From Massalongia carnosa (lineage: Eukaryota): DNA of 64,000 nucleotides. Below are positions 38,018-49,738 of the stretch, piece after piece. The translations under genes and the position numbers were made by a program. Within the stretch, counting starts at the first letter, position 1; each line of letters begins with the position of its first letter. The stretch is taken from NCBI GenBank assembly GCA_965645245.1, contig OZ287080.1, forward strand, positions 682,001 to 746,000, given 5' to 3'. The notes beneath the pieces are model-generated. The model saw only the letters and a program-made list of their open reading frames with translations. It did no database searches and was not told the DNA's origin.

Positions 38018-40819
38018 ATGACGTCGGGAATGCAGTTTACTGATCGAGGCCAGAAGGCTCTTTCAGACGCCCATGAACTTGCCCAACAATACTCTCATTC
38101 ACAAATCCTTCCTCTGCATCTCGCGGTCTCTCTTCTCGATCCGCCAATAGATGAGTCCAAAGATCAGCAGCAGGCAAGCAATGCGTCACATGCGGCGGGC
38201 TCATTACCATTGTTTCATCAGGTTGTGGACCGCGCCCATGGTGATCCTCAAGCCCTCGACAGGGCCATGAAGAAGGCTTTGGTCCGATTACCAAGTCAAG
38301 ACCCACCCCCCGAGCATGTTTCACTGTCACCTCAATTTACAAAGGTTCTCCGTGCTGCCAATGACCTTCAAAAGACCCAAAAAGATAGTTACATTGCCAT
38401 TGATCATCTCATAACAGCACTGGCGCAAGATCCATCTATTCAACGATGCCTAGCGGATGCGAACATACCAAATTCCAAGCTTATCGATAGTGCCATTCAG
38501 CAGATCCGGGGAACAAAGCGGGTGGATTCAAAAACTGCCGACTCGGAGCAGGAGAACGAGAACCTCAAGAAGTTTACAGTTGACATGACCGCATTGGCAA
38601 GAGAAGGAAAGATAGATCCAGTAATAGGGCGCGAAGAAGAAATTTTAAGGGTCATCCGAATCTTGTCACGGAGAACAAAGAACAATCCGGTGCTGATAGG
38701 AGAACCTGGGGTTGGCAAAACGACTGTCGTCGAGGGCCTTGCCTCCCGGATCGTCAACGCTGACGTACCAGCAAATCTTGCGGCATGCAAACTCCTGTCT
38801 TTGGACGTTGGCTCGCTAGTTGCCGGTAGCAAGTATCGAGGGGAGTTCGAAGAACGCATGAAGGGTGTGCTCAAGGAGATTGAGGACTCGAAAGAAATGA
38901 TTGTTCTCTTTGTGGACGAGATGCATTTGTTAATGGGTGCGGGAGCAAGCGGAGAAGGAGGGATGGATGCCGCAAACCTACTGAAACCCATGCTTGCACG
39001 AGGCCAGCTGCACTGTATCGGTGCCACCACATTAGCAGAGTACCGAAAGCATATTGAAAAGGACCAAGCTTTTGAGCGGAGATTTCAACAGGTCTTAGTC
39101 AAGGAGCCGTCGATATCTGAGACTATTTCGATCCTCCGTGGATTAAAGGAAAAGTACGAGGTGCATCATGGCGTTAACATCTTGGATGGGGCTATAGTTG
39201 CCGCCGCAAGTCTTGCAGCTCGTTACCTTACCGCACGACGTCTGCCAGACTCTGCGGTTGATTTGATCGACGAGGCTGCTGCAGCTGTCCGTGTTACTCG
39301 AGAATCGCAGCCAGAAGCTTTGGACACCATGGAACGTAAACTACGTCAGCTACAAATCGAAATCCACGCCTTAGAACGTGAAAAGGATGAGGCAGCTCGT
39401 GCTCGTTTGGCCCAGGCCAAGGAAGAGGCAGCCAATGTTGAGGAAGAACTGAAACCAATGCGTGAGAAATATGAAACCGAGAAGCAACGAAGTAGGGACA
39501 TCCAAGAAGCAAAAATCAAATACGACCAGCTCAAAACCAAGCAAGAAGAAGCCGAGCGCAACAAGGACCTTCAGACCGCTTCCGATCTCCTTTACTACGC
39601 AATGCCAGATACAAAAGCTCGCATCGAAAAGCTAGAGGCCGATCGAGCCCGTGCCGACGCAGATCTCTATGCTCGTAGGGGATCGGGTGCGGGAGAAGCA
39701 ATGCTTACAGATGCAGTGGGTCCCGACCAAATCAACGAGATTGTAGCGAGGTGGACAGGTATCCCAGTCACGAGGCTGAGGACATCCGAAAAGGATAAGC
39801 TACTTCAAATGGAGAAACAGCTTGGCAAGATTGTTGTGGGCCAAAAGGAGGCTGTCACATCTGTATCTAATGCCATTCGACTGCAGCGATCAGGCTTGAA
39901 TAATCCCAACCAGCCTCCTAGTTTCCTCTTCTGTGGGCCTTCGGGAACTGGTAAAACGCTTTTGACGAAAGCCTTGGCAGAATTTCTCTTTGACGACCCG
40001 AAATCCATGATTCGCTTCGACATGTCCGAATACCAGGAACGTCATTCACTCAGTCGAATGATTGGAGCACCTCCGGGCTACGTTGGTCATGACGCTGGGG
40101 GGCAACTTACCGAATCGCTGCGCCGACGCCCTTTCTCCATCCTCCTTTTTGACGAAGTTGAGAAGGCCGCGAAAGAGGTCCTCACCGTTCTCCTCCAACT
40201 AATGGACGACGGTCGCATCACCGACGGCCAAGGTAGAATTGTCGACGCAAAGAATTGCATCGTTGTCATGACATCTAACCTTGGTGCTGAGTACCTTGCG
40301 CGCCAGAATGCTCCAGATGGCCGTATCGACCCTACAACTCGAGAGATGGTGATGACTTCTCTACGTAACTACTTCCTTCCTGAATTCCTGAACCGTATCT
40401 CTAGCATCGTCATCTTCAACCGACTCACGCGCCGCGAGATTCGTAAAATCGTTGACGTCCGCCTCGATGAAATCCAGAAGCGGCTTGCACAAAATGACCG
40501 TAAGGTCAAGATCTACTGCACCGATGAAGTTAAAGACTACCTAGGCAGCGCAGGCTACTCCCCGGCGTACGGCGCTCGGCCCCTTGCGCGCGTGATTGAA
40601 AAGGAGGTGTTGAACCGGTTGGCAGTGCTCATCCTCAAAGGCGGGATTAGGGATGGTGAGGTCGCGCGGGTTGTATTGGAGGATGGGAGGATCACGGTGT
40701 TGGCGAATCACGGTGATGGCGATGATGACGAAGAAGTTGAGATGATTGATGATATCGATGAAGAGGACGCAATGTTACAGCTGGAAGACGGAAACGCAGA
40801 CATGGATTTATACGACTAA
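38018..40819 (+). CDS. HSP104: Hsp104/ClpB AAA+ disaggregase, intronless
   Basis: KIDPVIGREEE, RRTKNNPVLIGEPGVGKT, RRLPDSAVDLIDEA, FCGPSGTGKT, RMIGAPPGYVG and YGARPL; acidic tail ending DMDLYD. Confidence 0.97.
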   Translation: MTSGMQFTDRGQKALSDAHELAQQYSHSQILPLHLAVSLLDPPIDESKDQQQASNASHAAGSLPLFHQVVDRAHGDPQALDRAMKKALVRLPSQDPPPEHVSLSPQFTKVLRAANDLQKTQKDSYIAIDHLITALAQDPSIQRCLADANIPNSKLIDSAIQQIRGTKRVDSKTADSEQENENLKKFTVDMTALAREGKIDPVIGREEEILRVIRILSRRTKNNPVLIGEPGVGKTTVVEGLASRIVNADVPANLAACKLLSLDVGSLVAGSKYRGEFEERMKGVLKEIEDSKEMIVLFVDEMHLLMGAGASGEGGMDAANLLKPMLARGQLHCIGATTLAEYRKHIEKDQAFERRFQQVLVKEPSISETISILRGLKEKYEVHHGVNILDGAIVAAASLAARYLTARRLPDSAVDLIDEAAAAVRVTRESQPEALDTMERKLRQLQIEIHALEREKDEAARARLAQAKEEAANVEEELKPMREKYETEKQRSRDIQEAKIKYDQLKTKQEEAERNKDLQTASDLLYYAMPDTKARIEKLEADRARADADLYARRGSGAGEAMLTDAVGPDQINEIVARWTGIPVTRLRTSEKDKLLQMEKQLGKIVVGQKEAVTSVSNAIRLQRSGLNNPNQPPSFLFCGPSGTGKTLLTKALAEFLFDDPKSMIRFDMSEYQERHSLSRMIGAPPGYVGHDAGGQLTESLRRRPFSILLFDEVEKAAKEVLTVLLQLMDDGRITDGQGRIVDAKNCIVVMTSNLGAEYLARQNAPDGRIDPTTREMVMTSLRNYFLPEFLNRISSIVIFNRLTRREIRKIVDVRLDEIQKRLAQNDRKVKIYCTDEVKDYLGSAGYSPAYGARPLARVIEKEVLNRLAVLILKGGIRDGEVARVVLEDGRITVLANHGDGDDDEEVEMIDDIDEEDAMLQLEDGNADMDLYD

Positions 40820-42384
40820 ATGGTGGGAAGCTGCACATATGGTGGGCGGCACGATCTCACGCTTTCATGACTCGGATGACGGGGAAAGCGAAGCAGGCAA
40901 AAACCACGAGAAATGCAGCAGGTGGTCTGGATAGATAATTACCTGGATTGGCGCTTCATGTCTCTAATCTAAGATTTTCCTAAAACGTTGCAAATAAACC
41001 GCTGATCATGCTGAAAGCATAATCACAATGCCCCGTCTCGCAGCATGTTTTCTCGCAGTTTCCCCTTGACGTAACTAATAAACATACAACACCCCATCCA
41101 TGAGTTTAACCGGCAAGCATGTAGAACGACCTACCTGCCTCCTACCGCTAAGTCCTGAGGTTATGCGTTAGTTCTCGTTCCAGTAAAAGGACTAGTATTC
41201 TAATTAACTACCTACCAACGAGAAACCCGACCATTGGAACGAAGATAGGTAGATAGGTACTCTGTAGATAGGTAGGTAGCTTAGGTACTTTGATACTTTA
41301 CATGGATCAATCCATCCCGTCTTCGTAACTATATAGTCGTTTAACCCTCTCTCTCTCTCTCAAGGGTTTTTGATTTTGGGTAAGTAGGTAGGTATGGAGG
41401 TATTTGAGCTAGTAATGGAAGAGGGCAAAGCTCGAACGAATAACATCTCCCTCCTTCCCTCATGGATGGCATTAATTGGGAAGAACCGCGGAGAATATTT
41501 CCACGTTGATGCCGGGAGTGGAGGACACGCATTGATAGTCTTGACAGTTGTCCGTACAGAGTAGCTAAATCCAAGAGAAATCGCCGATGCAGCAGCTTGC
41601 TCGCTCGGTTAAGTATGTCAAAGTAAGATCGGTATCTGTCGGTTGGGAGGCGCTGGCTCCGAATAGAGTATATATGCCGGAGATACATACTCCATACGCA
41701 AGATGCATGGATCTACGGGGTGTGCTGATTGATGCAACTGATAACTCACGCCATATCTATGTTTTGGGTTTCGAAGAACGAATGGAATGATGATGATACT
41801 AATACTGACGATCCATGTAGGATGCCATGTGAAGACGAATCAAAGATGAAATAATTCCCTCCAGTTACTTCTTACTTGCGCGCTAGGAGTTCTGTGATGG
41901 TGGACGGAGTACTTACTACTAGGTAGGTAACACCGAGGATTGGTACTTATCGACAACACGATTTCCGTCCTTTAAGAATTCCTATGTCATGTATGCTAAT
42001 CTGGAACGAAAGAGGATTCCTTCGGTGGCTTGATCCAAAGGAAACTTGATTTGCTAGCGGTAGCTGAGGCAGCGGTGATCTCATCGTGACCGGTTGGGCC
42101 CATCCAATGACCTCGGGCTCGAGGGCATCATCCCTGAGCAATGGATTGTCGATCATTGATCGAACCGGGAGGCTGTTGGGAATGAAAGACCACGGGTTGG
42201 ATTTGAGATCCCCCACACTCCTTTTAAGTCGTTACATAACTACTTCTCCACCGGTGACACACAACGTTAGGATTTCTCATGTTATCGCTTTCGTTCCTTA
42301 TCAGGTCGTATTTCTGCTTTTCGTTCTGTCAAGCTCTCGAACTTACAGTGATTGCATTATCAATAAGCACTGTTGACGGAAAAG

Positions 42385-43427
42385 ATGCAGAACCCACTCC
42401 GTCGGCCAGGCGGCGCACCTGCTCCCGCACCTGCTCCCGCTCCTACTCGCTCTCACCCTCATTCTAGAGGCCATTCAAGAGATTATCCAAGAAACAATCC
42501 CCCACCCTTCTTTGACGCCGAACGTCAACATGGCCACGGAGACGAGCGTGAATCCCTTTCCAAGACTATGCAAGGTCATGTCGTTGCCATGTCCGGCGAA
42601 TTCGTCGGGACCACCATGTTTCTGTTCTTTGCCTTCGGCGGCACTCAGATTGCTAATACCCTGCCTCGCACCGATGTTTCTCAGCTGGATCGATTGTTGT
42701 ACATTAGTTTGTGTTTTGGTTTCTCGCTCGCGGTAACCGCATGGGTATTCTACAGGATCAGCGGGGGATTATTTAACCCTGCAGTATGTATTGACCTTGG
42801 TGTCTGCGAGCTCAAAGGTACTGATTTCAATATCTAGGTTACGCTGGGGATGATGATCACTGGAACCTTACCTTGGGCACGAGGGCTTTTGCTTTTCCCG
42901 GCCCAAATGCTCGGTGGGATGGTAGCCGCGGCGCTCGTCTATTGCATGTTCCCTGGCCCCTTGGCCGTCCAAACTAGTCTGGCGAATAATACGTCCGTTG
43001 CCCAAGGGCTGTTCATCGAGATGTTCCTTACGGCAGAGCTAGTCCTCGCCGTCTTGTTCCTAGCAGCGGAGAAGACGAAGGCCACGTTCATAGCGCCGGT
43101 CGGCATTGGGCTTGCATTGTTTGTGGCTGAGCTTGCAGGTTTGTCATATCGGATCGCTGTTGGTGGGTAAAACAAGTGAAGCTGACAATAATCCATCAAG
43201 GTGTTTACTTCACCGGAGGTTCCCTCAATCCAACACGATCCTTTGGGCCTTGCGTTGTGAATCGTAAGTTTGAGCACCACCATTGGATATATTGGGTTGG
43301 GCCATTCCTCGGAGCCCTCATTTCCGGGGGATACTACAAATTTGCGAAATTTTTCAATTACGAGTTAGCCAACCCGGGGCAAGATGACTCACATCAGTCC
43401 GAAGAGAGCTCGGATAAGAATCAGTAG
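42385..43427 (+). CDS. Aquaporin (MIP family, Aqy1-like); introns 42784-42837 and 43139-43200
   Basis: GEFVGTTMFLFFAF, RISGGLFNPA|V, FIEMFLTAEL, FTGGSLNPTRSFGP and HWIYWVGP. Confidence 0.94.
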
Positions 43428-44455
43428 ATTCAGCCTTTAGTCGGTTAAAGCGTTTCTTTACTTCTTGTCTAGTATGATAGGGAATACATTTGGGGTGCAG
43501 CATTCAGCGGGTGTATGTTCAGCGTTGGCTTTCATATTCCCAATGCCGGGCTTTTCGTGGCTTCTGACGGCGCTCTGCTATTTGATGTTTGGAAAAGTTA
43601 CGTTATCACGATCAAAAAAGGCTTCGCCGCCCGACTTAATATAGACTTTATATTATCTGACTTTTAGACACATACCAGGGGTCATTGCTACTCACTATCC
43701 ATGGGTCTTGCGTGCTAGTGATACCGGATTTTCTGGAAGTTATTGGTATTATAATGATGAACTTTTAAGGGTGCTATGCTATGCTATGCTTATTCCTGGT
43801 ACATATCTGACATTGCTGAATTTGGTATCTAGTCATTATTATTATCTTTGGGGGCTGCGACGAGGAATTGCCATCGGTGCAAAGAGGGATCGATAGTATC
43901 AACCCCCAAATTAAATCTGACCACGGAACGATTGCTGTTGCCATGCTCCGCTGATTGTTCCCAGTGGGAAAAGGAAAGGTTTATAGTATGAATGAACTGA
44001 TATAGGGCGGATTTCATTTGTGTGATGGAGCTTCCACTGAAGCAAGGCCTTTTTTTCTAAGGATCCGAGAGACTATTAATGACTATTTCCACTCAGGTGA
44101 CAAGCCTACTACATGGTAAGATGATTTATCAGTCTCCTAGGGATGATTTGCTATCTTCCCAACGTTTCACGATGATACACTTTAACAACGTTTGGATGGT
44201 AGCGAATCCTGTCACATGCTCCCACAAGAATAACTAATCCATCTGTTTTTTCCACTTCATCTCAATTCTCTTCAGTCGAATATATTCAACCTAGAAAGAA
44301 AAACTTTATCTGCATACACGTGGTTGTCACCTCACCTTCTGTATTCTTCTTGGATGAAGCCAGCTCTGTATAGCTAGCCGCAAATAATATCTAGAAAGGT
44401 AGCTTGTAATTCATGTCTTCACATCATCGACCTTGCTAAGCTTATATCAGATAGA

Positions 44456-44794
44456 ATGCGATTCATCTTCTGTGTTTGTTTCTTAGCGTTTGGGCTTGTG
44501 ACCCTCGAGTCTCCTCTCACGAGGTGCAGGTCGGAAGAATGCCTCTCCCCCCATACCGAAGGAGACGCCAAAGGCTGGGAAAGCATAACAATGTTTGGCG
44601 GCGGGGTAAAGTGGCCGAAACCTCACCACCTACATGGGTTCTCGCCCGATGTGGAGCCCACCGACGAGGCCATCGGAGATGACGCGAACCGTCTGGGATC
44701 TCGCAACCTCAAGGGATGGCTCCACGGGATGAAAGAATCGATCAAGGACATCTTTTTGGGCCGTCATCACGCAAGGGTCGATGTGGGGGCATGA
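44456..44794 (+). CDS. Possible small secreted protein, 112 aa
   Basis: ATG ORF with hydrophobic N-terminus MRFIFCVCFLAFGLVTL; no recognisable domain. Confidence 0.35.
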   Translation: MRFIFCVCFLAFGLVTLESPLTRCRSEECLSPHTEGDAKGWESITMFGGGVKWPKPHHLHGFSPDVEPTDEAIGDDANRLGSRNLKGWLHGMKESIKDIFLGRHHARVDVGA

Positions 44795-45306
44795 GCTTTA
44801 CTTATATCTACGTGTAGCACGGTATATGGAAGAGGAAGGCAGGATGGTTGGGAATAGTGAGATTGTTATTATGGGGACAGGGTGATCGGAAGCATCGACT
44901 GGCTGATAGCGGTAACTTGGGAAAGGGGGTTGATAACGCAAGTAGCAACATCACTGATCTCACATTCATCTCGGTCAAAGGCTCAACGCCGAAAGGATAG
45001 CTTGGTTGAAAATGCCGGAGAAGTGTTGTACGGGGGAACCTGGAATAATTGCTCGTCTACATTTTCGAGAATTTGTTTTTCTTTTAAAAAGGGGAAAGTC
45101 TCGCGATTGGAGATAATGGAGCAAGCTGGGCGGGGAATATTGATGTTAAGTTGCGTGATGCTATGTTCTAGCCGCAGATAATACCATGGCGGTGGAAATG
45201 GTCTGTGGTTAAAACGCTCTAGTTATCTTTGTCACGTGCTGTCGCGAGCGAGGCGTCCGTCTTTCCTAGATTAGGCATAAAGAACAATGGGGATGATAAC
45301 ATAACA

Positions 45307-48138
45307 ATGTTTAGGAAACCTTTTCGTACCCCGTTTCTGAAAAATATTGATGACCCGAACAAAAATGATGATCAAGACGACGCCGAGCCTCAGCCCAAGA
45401 AGAGACGGATCAGCAGCGCTGATGAATTGGAAGCGACGAAGACCACACCCCGCCTGATTTTCAAGGTCCCTGGCGTATCCTCACTTCCACGCATGCCACT
45501 TGTGGGCGTGAAGAATCCTGCTAAGGCCCCGGAGGCAGATAATGGAGGCAGCGAAGGCTACTACAATGTTTTATGGTACATAGCCGCCTCGGAGTATCAC
45601 CGGTGCTCGCCATAATGAGGGATTGTTAATTTGTTGCACAGGCGGAAATTCACTGCTAAGAAGCATAAGACTTGGGATGGAGATGGTATTCTTCGTGTCA
45701 CAGGTGGATACGCCTATCTGCAAGATGTTTCGGGCCGTGACATGGGAAGGACAGCTTTCGACTCGCCTCTTCTTCCGGGATCTACATTGTCGGTCGGTGG
45801 GAAGGAGATCGAAATTGACTCCCTGATGTTGAAGAAAGAGTTTTTAGCCGGGAAACAGTTTCTGAAGCCCGCTTTGGTCGCATCTCCGCCAGCAGTTCGG
45901 GAAAAGTCAGTGCTGAGAGCATTTAAGCCATCAAAGACAGCGATAAAGCCAGAAACTGAGATCGTCAAGAAGCTGCTCAACCCGTCAGCCCCTAAAAGCC
46001 AAGCTGTTCAAAGCGAGTTCAAAAATCCGTTGTTAAAAAATGCCAACTTGGCAAAGAAGGACGTTAACAAATCTACGCCTCGATACGACCCCACAAATCC
46101 TTCAGCACTTGTGATGAAACGGCCGAAGCAAGTTCCAAAGGGCAAACAGGTGGTGGATGTGGTGGTAGATCCCATTTTGACCCAGCAGCTACGAGAACAT
46201 CAGCGAGAAGGAGTCAAATTCATGTATGAATGTGTAATGGGAATGCGAGATTTTGATGGACAGGGTGCAATCCTAGCAGATGAGATGGGCTTGGGGAAAA
46301 CGCTGCAGACCATTGCATTACTTTGGACCCTATTGAATCAGAACCCCATTGCCGAAGATCCTCCGGTTATCAAGAAGGCTCTCATTGTCTGTCCAGTCAC
46401 TTTAATCAATAATTGGCGCAAGGAATTTCGAAAATGGCTGGGCGCTGAAAGGATAGGTGTTTTCGTTGCTGATGGGAACAAAACTCGACTTACAGATTTC
46501 ACTATGGGCAAAAGCTACAGTATTATGATCATCGGGTATGAAAAGCTTAGAACAGTTCATGAAGAGCTAAAAAAGGGGTCCGGAATTGATATTGTCATTG
46601 CGGATGAGGGTCATCGGCTCAAGACGGCTAAAAACAAGAGTGCCCAAGCTATCAAGTCTTTGAACACATCGAGGAGAGTCATTCTCTCAGGAACACCTAT
46701 TCAGAACGATCTAAGCGAATTTTTTATGATGGTTGATTTTATCAATCCAGATCTCTTAGGAACGTTTAAGACCTTCACGAAGGAGTTTGAGGCACCCATA
46801 TTGAAAAGCAGACAGCCTGGAGCATCTGAAAAAGACATCGAAATGGGTGAGGCCAGGAACGAGGAGCTAGCATCGTTGACAAGTAAATTCATACTTCGCC
46901 GCAGTGCTGACATCCTTTCGAAATACTTGCCCTCAAAAACGGAATACGTTCTTCTGTGCCGACCCACTCTGGCTCAAGTGACTGTTTATCAAGCAGTACT
47001 TGCTTGTCCTGGCTTTCAAGCTGCCCTTGGCAATCCTGAAGCATCTTTACAGCTGATTACTGTACTTAAGAAAGTGTGCAACAGCCCTTTTCTCCTCCAT
47101 GGCAAAGCTTGTTCAAATTCCGCCAAACCTGTAAGCCCAATGATGGCATCCTTATTAGCCAGTGTTCCTTCTCAGCTCCTTCGCAGTAATGCTGCAAGCA
47201 CTAAGATACGAGCTCTTGATCAGCTTCTTCATACCCTCCGTACTACAACGGAAGAAAAGATTGTTCTGGTTTCCAATTATACCTCAACCCTTGATCTCCT
47301 CTCTACCCTACTCACTTCACTCTCATACCCATTTCTTCGTCTTGACGGCTCCACCCCATCATCTAAGAGACAGGATCTCGTTGACAGTTTCAACCGAACA
47401 TCGGCCTCTTCGTGTTTTGCTTTTCTCCTCTCAGCTAAATCAGGTGGAGTCGGCCTCAACCTTATTGGTGCATCGAGGTTGGTGTTATTTGACGTGGACT
47501 GGAACCCTGCAACAGATCTGCAAGCCATGGCAAGGATCCACCGCGATGGACAGAAACGCAAATGCGTAATATATCGTTTCATCATGGCAGGAGGAATGGA
47601 CGAGAAGATCTGGCAGCGGCAACTCACCAAGATAGGGCTTGCAAGCAACATCATGGAGCAGACGGGTGGTTCAAGTAGCTTCACCAAGGAGGAGCTCCAA
47701 GATCTCTTTAGGCTCGACGAAGGGCTTTTATGCCAGACGCACGATTTGCTGGGCTGCGCGTGTGAGGGGCGAGGCTTACCGGATGTCTCTCTCGTCAACG
47801 ACGATAACGACGACGACGTGCCTTTAACCATCCTGAACCCCGATCAGGAGGGTTCCGAAGATGACCTGCCAGACGTGGCGTCTCTCGTCCCCGCATCCAA
47901 AGTCAACATGGCCGAACAAGAGCTGAAGATCCACGATGACGCTCAGGCTGCGCGGAGGAAGCAAACCGGCGCCAAAATGCAGTCGCTCATGGCGTACGCG
48001 CACATCGACACGTCGGGCTTCGCCGCCGAGACCAATGACGAAGATATAGACGCGCTCGTCCAGGACAATGTGTTGCGCAGCGTGCTGAAAGACGAGGGCA
48101 ATCGGATTTCCTTTGTGTTTGCCAAAACTAGCGGATGA
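45307..48138 (+). CDS. RDH54: SNF2-family DNA translocase Rdh54/Tid1/RAD54B; intron 45576-45641
   Basis: N-terminal YNVLW|RKFTAKKHKTWDGDG (Rdh54/RAD54B type), LREHQREGV, GAILADEMGLGKT, DEGHRLK, LSGTPIQNDL, RLDGST and DWNPATDLQAMARIHRDGQK. Confidence 0.92.
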
Positions 48139-48196
48139 ACGAATGAATAAATAGGTATGCAAAACGGGAGAAGTAGTAGTAGTTGTAGAGGGAGGA

Positions 48197-48233
48197 GAAG
48201 AAGAAGAAGAAGAAGAAGAAGAAGAAGAAGAAG
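48197..48233. repeat. (AGA)n microsatellite just downstream of RDH54
   Basis: About 12 AGA units visible. Confidence 0.9.
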
Positions 48234-49738
48234 ATAGCTGGAACCGGGTTTGCGAGCCTTGGGGGGTTTGAGTGATTTTGCGTTTTTTAGGGGGGGCAGG
48301 AAGGAAGGACTAAAGCTTGATACTCTGTATATATTGCTGGCTTTAGCTTTTTTGGGGAAGAGAATGCCTATGAACACTGATTAATTGATTGACATCTGCA
48401 CATTTCAGAACCGGTCCAACCCCCCCCCCCTTCCCTTTTTTTGGCAGATACCTCCTTCGTAGGCATCTTTATCTGTATCTCTATCTACCTATCCTTCCCC
48501 CTCGTGCCGCCCAGAAATGCTCGGGAGGGTTTTTTTGTACACTCATCCAAGAAAAAGAAAAAACCAAGCACTTCTGGACGACACGACTACACTAACTACT
48601 CTACCTTATCTACCTACCCTTGAAACAGAATCTAACCAAACCGTAGAGGAATGCTAGATATCCTTTTCACTTATTATTAATTTACTGTTAACTAATCGCC
48701 AACTACCATATCTTCTGCCTTCCTTCCCCTGAAGACGGAACCACTCCCGTGCCAGCCAGCGTGAAGCGATCTGTGTACTTATATAGAGTACATACAAGGA
48801 TAGGATAGGATAGGACAGGACAGGGTTGTGGGGTTATTTTGTTCTATTCGATTCCATCTTGTTTATTCTATTCTATTCTATCATCATTATCAAGAACCCC
48901 CCCATTCCCATAAAATAGAAACCAATAATAACTACTGGGAAGTCCCAAATCAAATCAAATCACTATATGGTTGTGTATTGCCCCCCCCCCCCTCCTTATC
49001 TAACTTGGTATGCAATTTCATTTCATTCAATCAGTCAGTCCAGCCGGGGGGAGGGGAAGGGAGGGGGTTTTTCTTCTTCTTGTTTTTCTATCAGCTCTTG
49101 CGATCTGGGAAAAGATAAATATAAAAAAGGAGAGAGGGGAAGGTGGGGGGGGGGGGGGAAGATTCATCTACCAGGCAGGTAGGCAGACTGGTAGATTTTT
49201 AGTAAATCGCTAAGAAAGGATAACATGAGAGGAGGGAAGGAGAGGGGAGGGGAATACCGTACGCGCAAAACCACTTTGTTTATCCATTTTTTAAAAAAAA
49301 CCTTGGTGCATGTTTCTCCAAAACTTCCCCTCCCCTTAATGGGGCTTCGCACCAATATAGTTACTATATACGAGAGGGAGATGTAGGGGATTAGTTCGTC
49401 GAGGGTTTCCCGGATCTAGCGTCGACAATGAGGGGTTGAGGGGGAGCGTTGATGTCTGCACATAAACCCTGGTGGGATAGCTGTGGTAGGTAGGCGTTGT
49501 GCGGCTGGCGTCTCGTGAAAATGCCTGCTGCCAGCTTGGTTGTCTTTCGGCCTCCCCTTTGTTCTAGTTCGTGGCGCACGGAAAGTATTTCTAAACCAGA
49601 GGAGTTTGCAGCGCCATTGGCTGGTTATGGAAGGGTTTACTACTTCAATTCTTGATATCTCTGTTATTGTTTTTTTTTTAAAAAAAAAGATCAAGACCCC
49701 GAATGGATAAATGCACCCTGCTGAGTCATGCTGAACTT

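Noticed and set aside
38037..40269. Antisense ORFs over HSP104 (and similar ones over RDH54 and pol)
   Set aside because: Shadow ORFs expected from the codon bias of the real genes.
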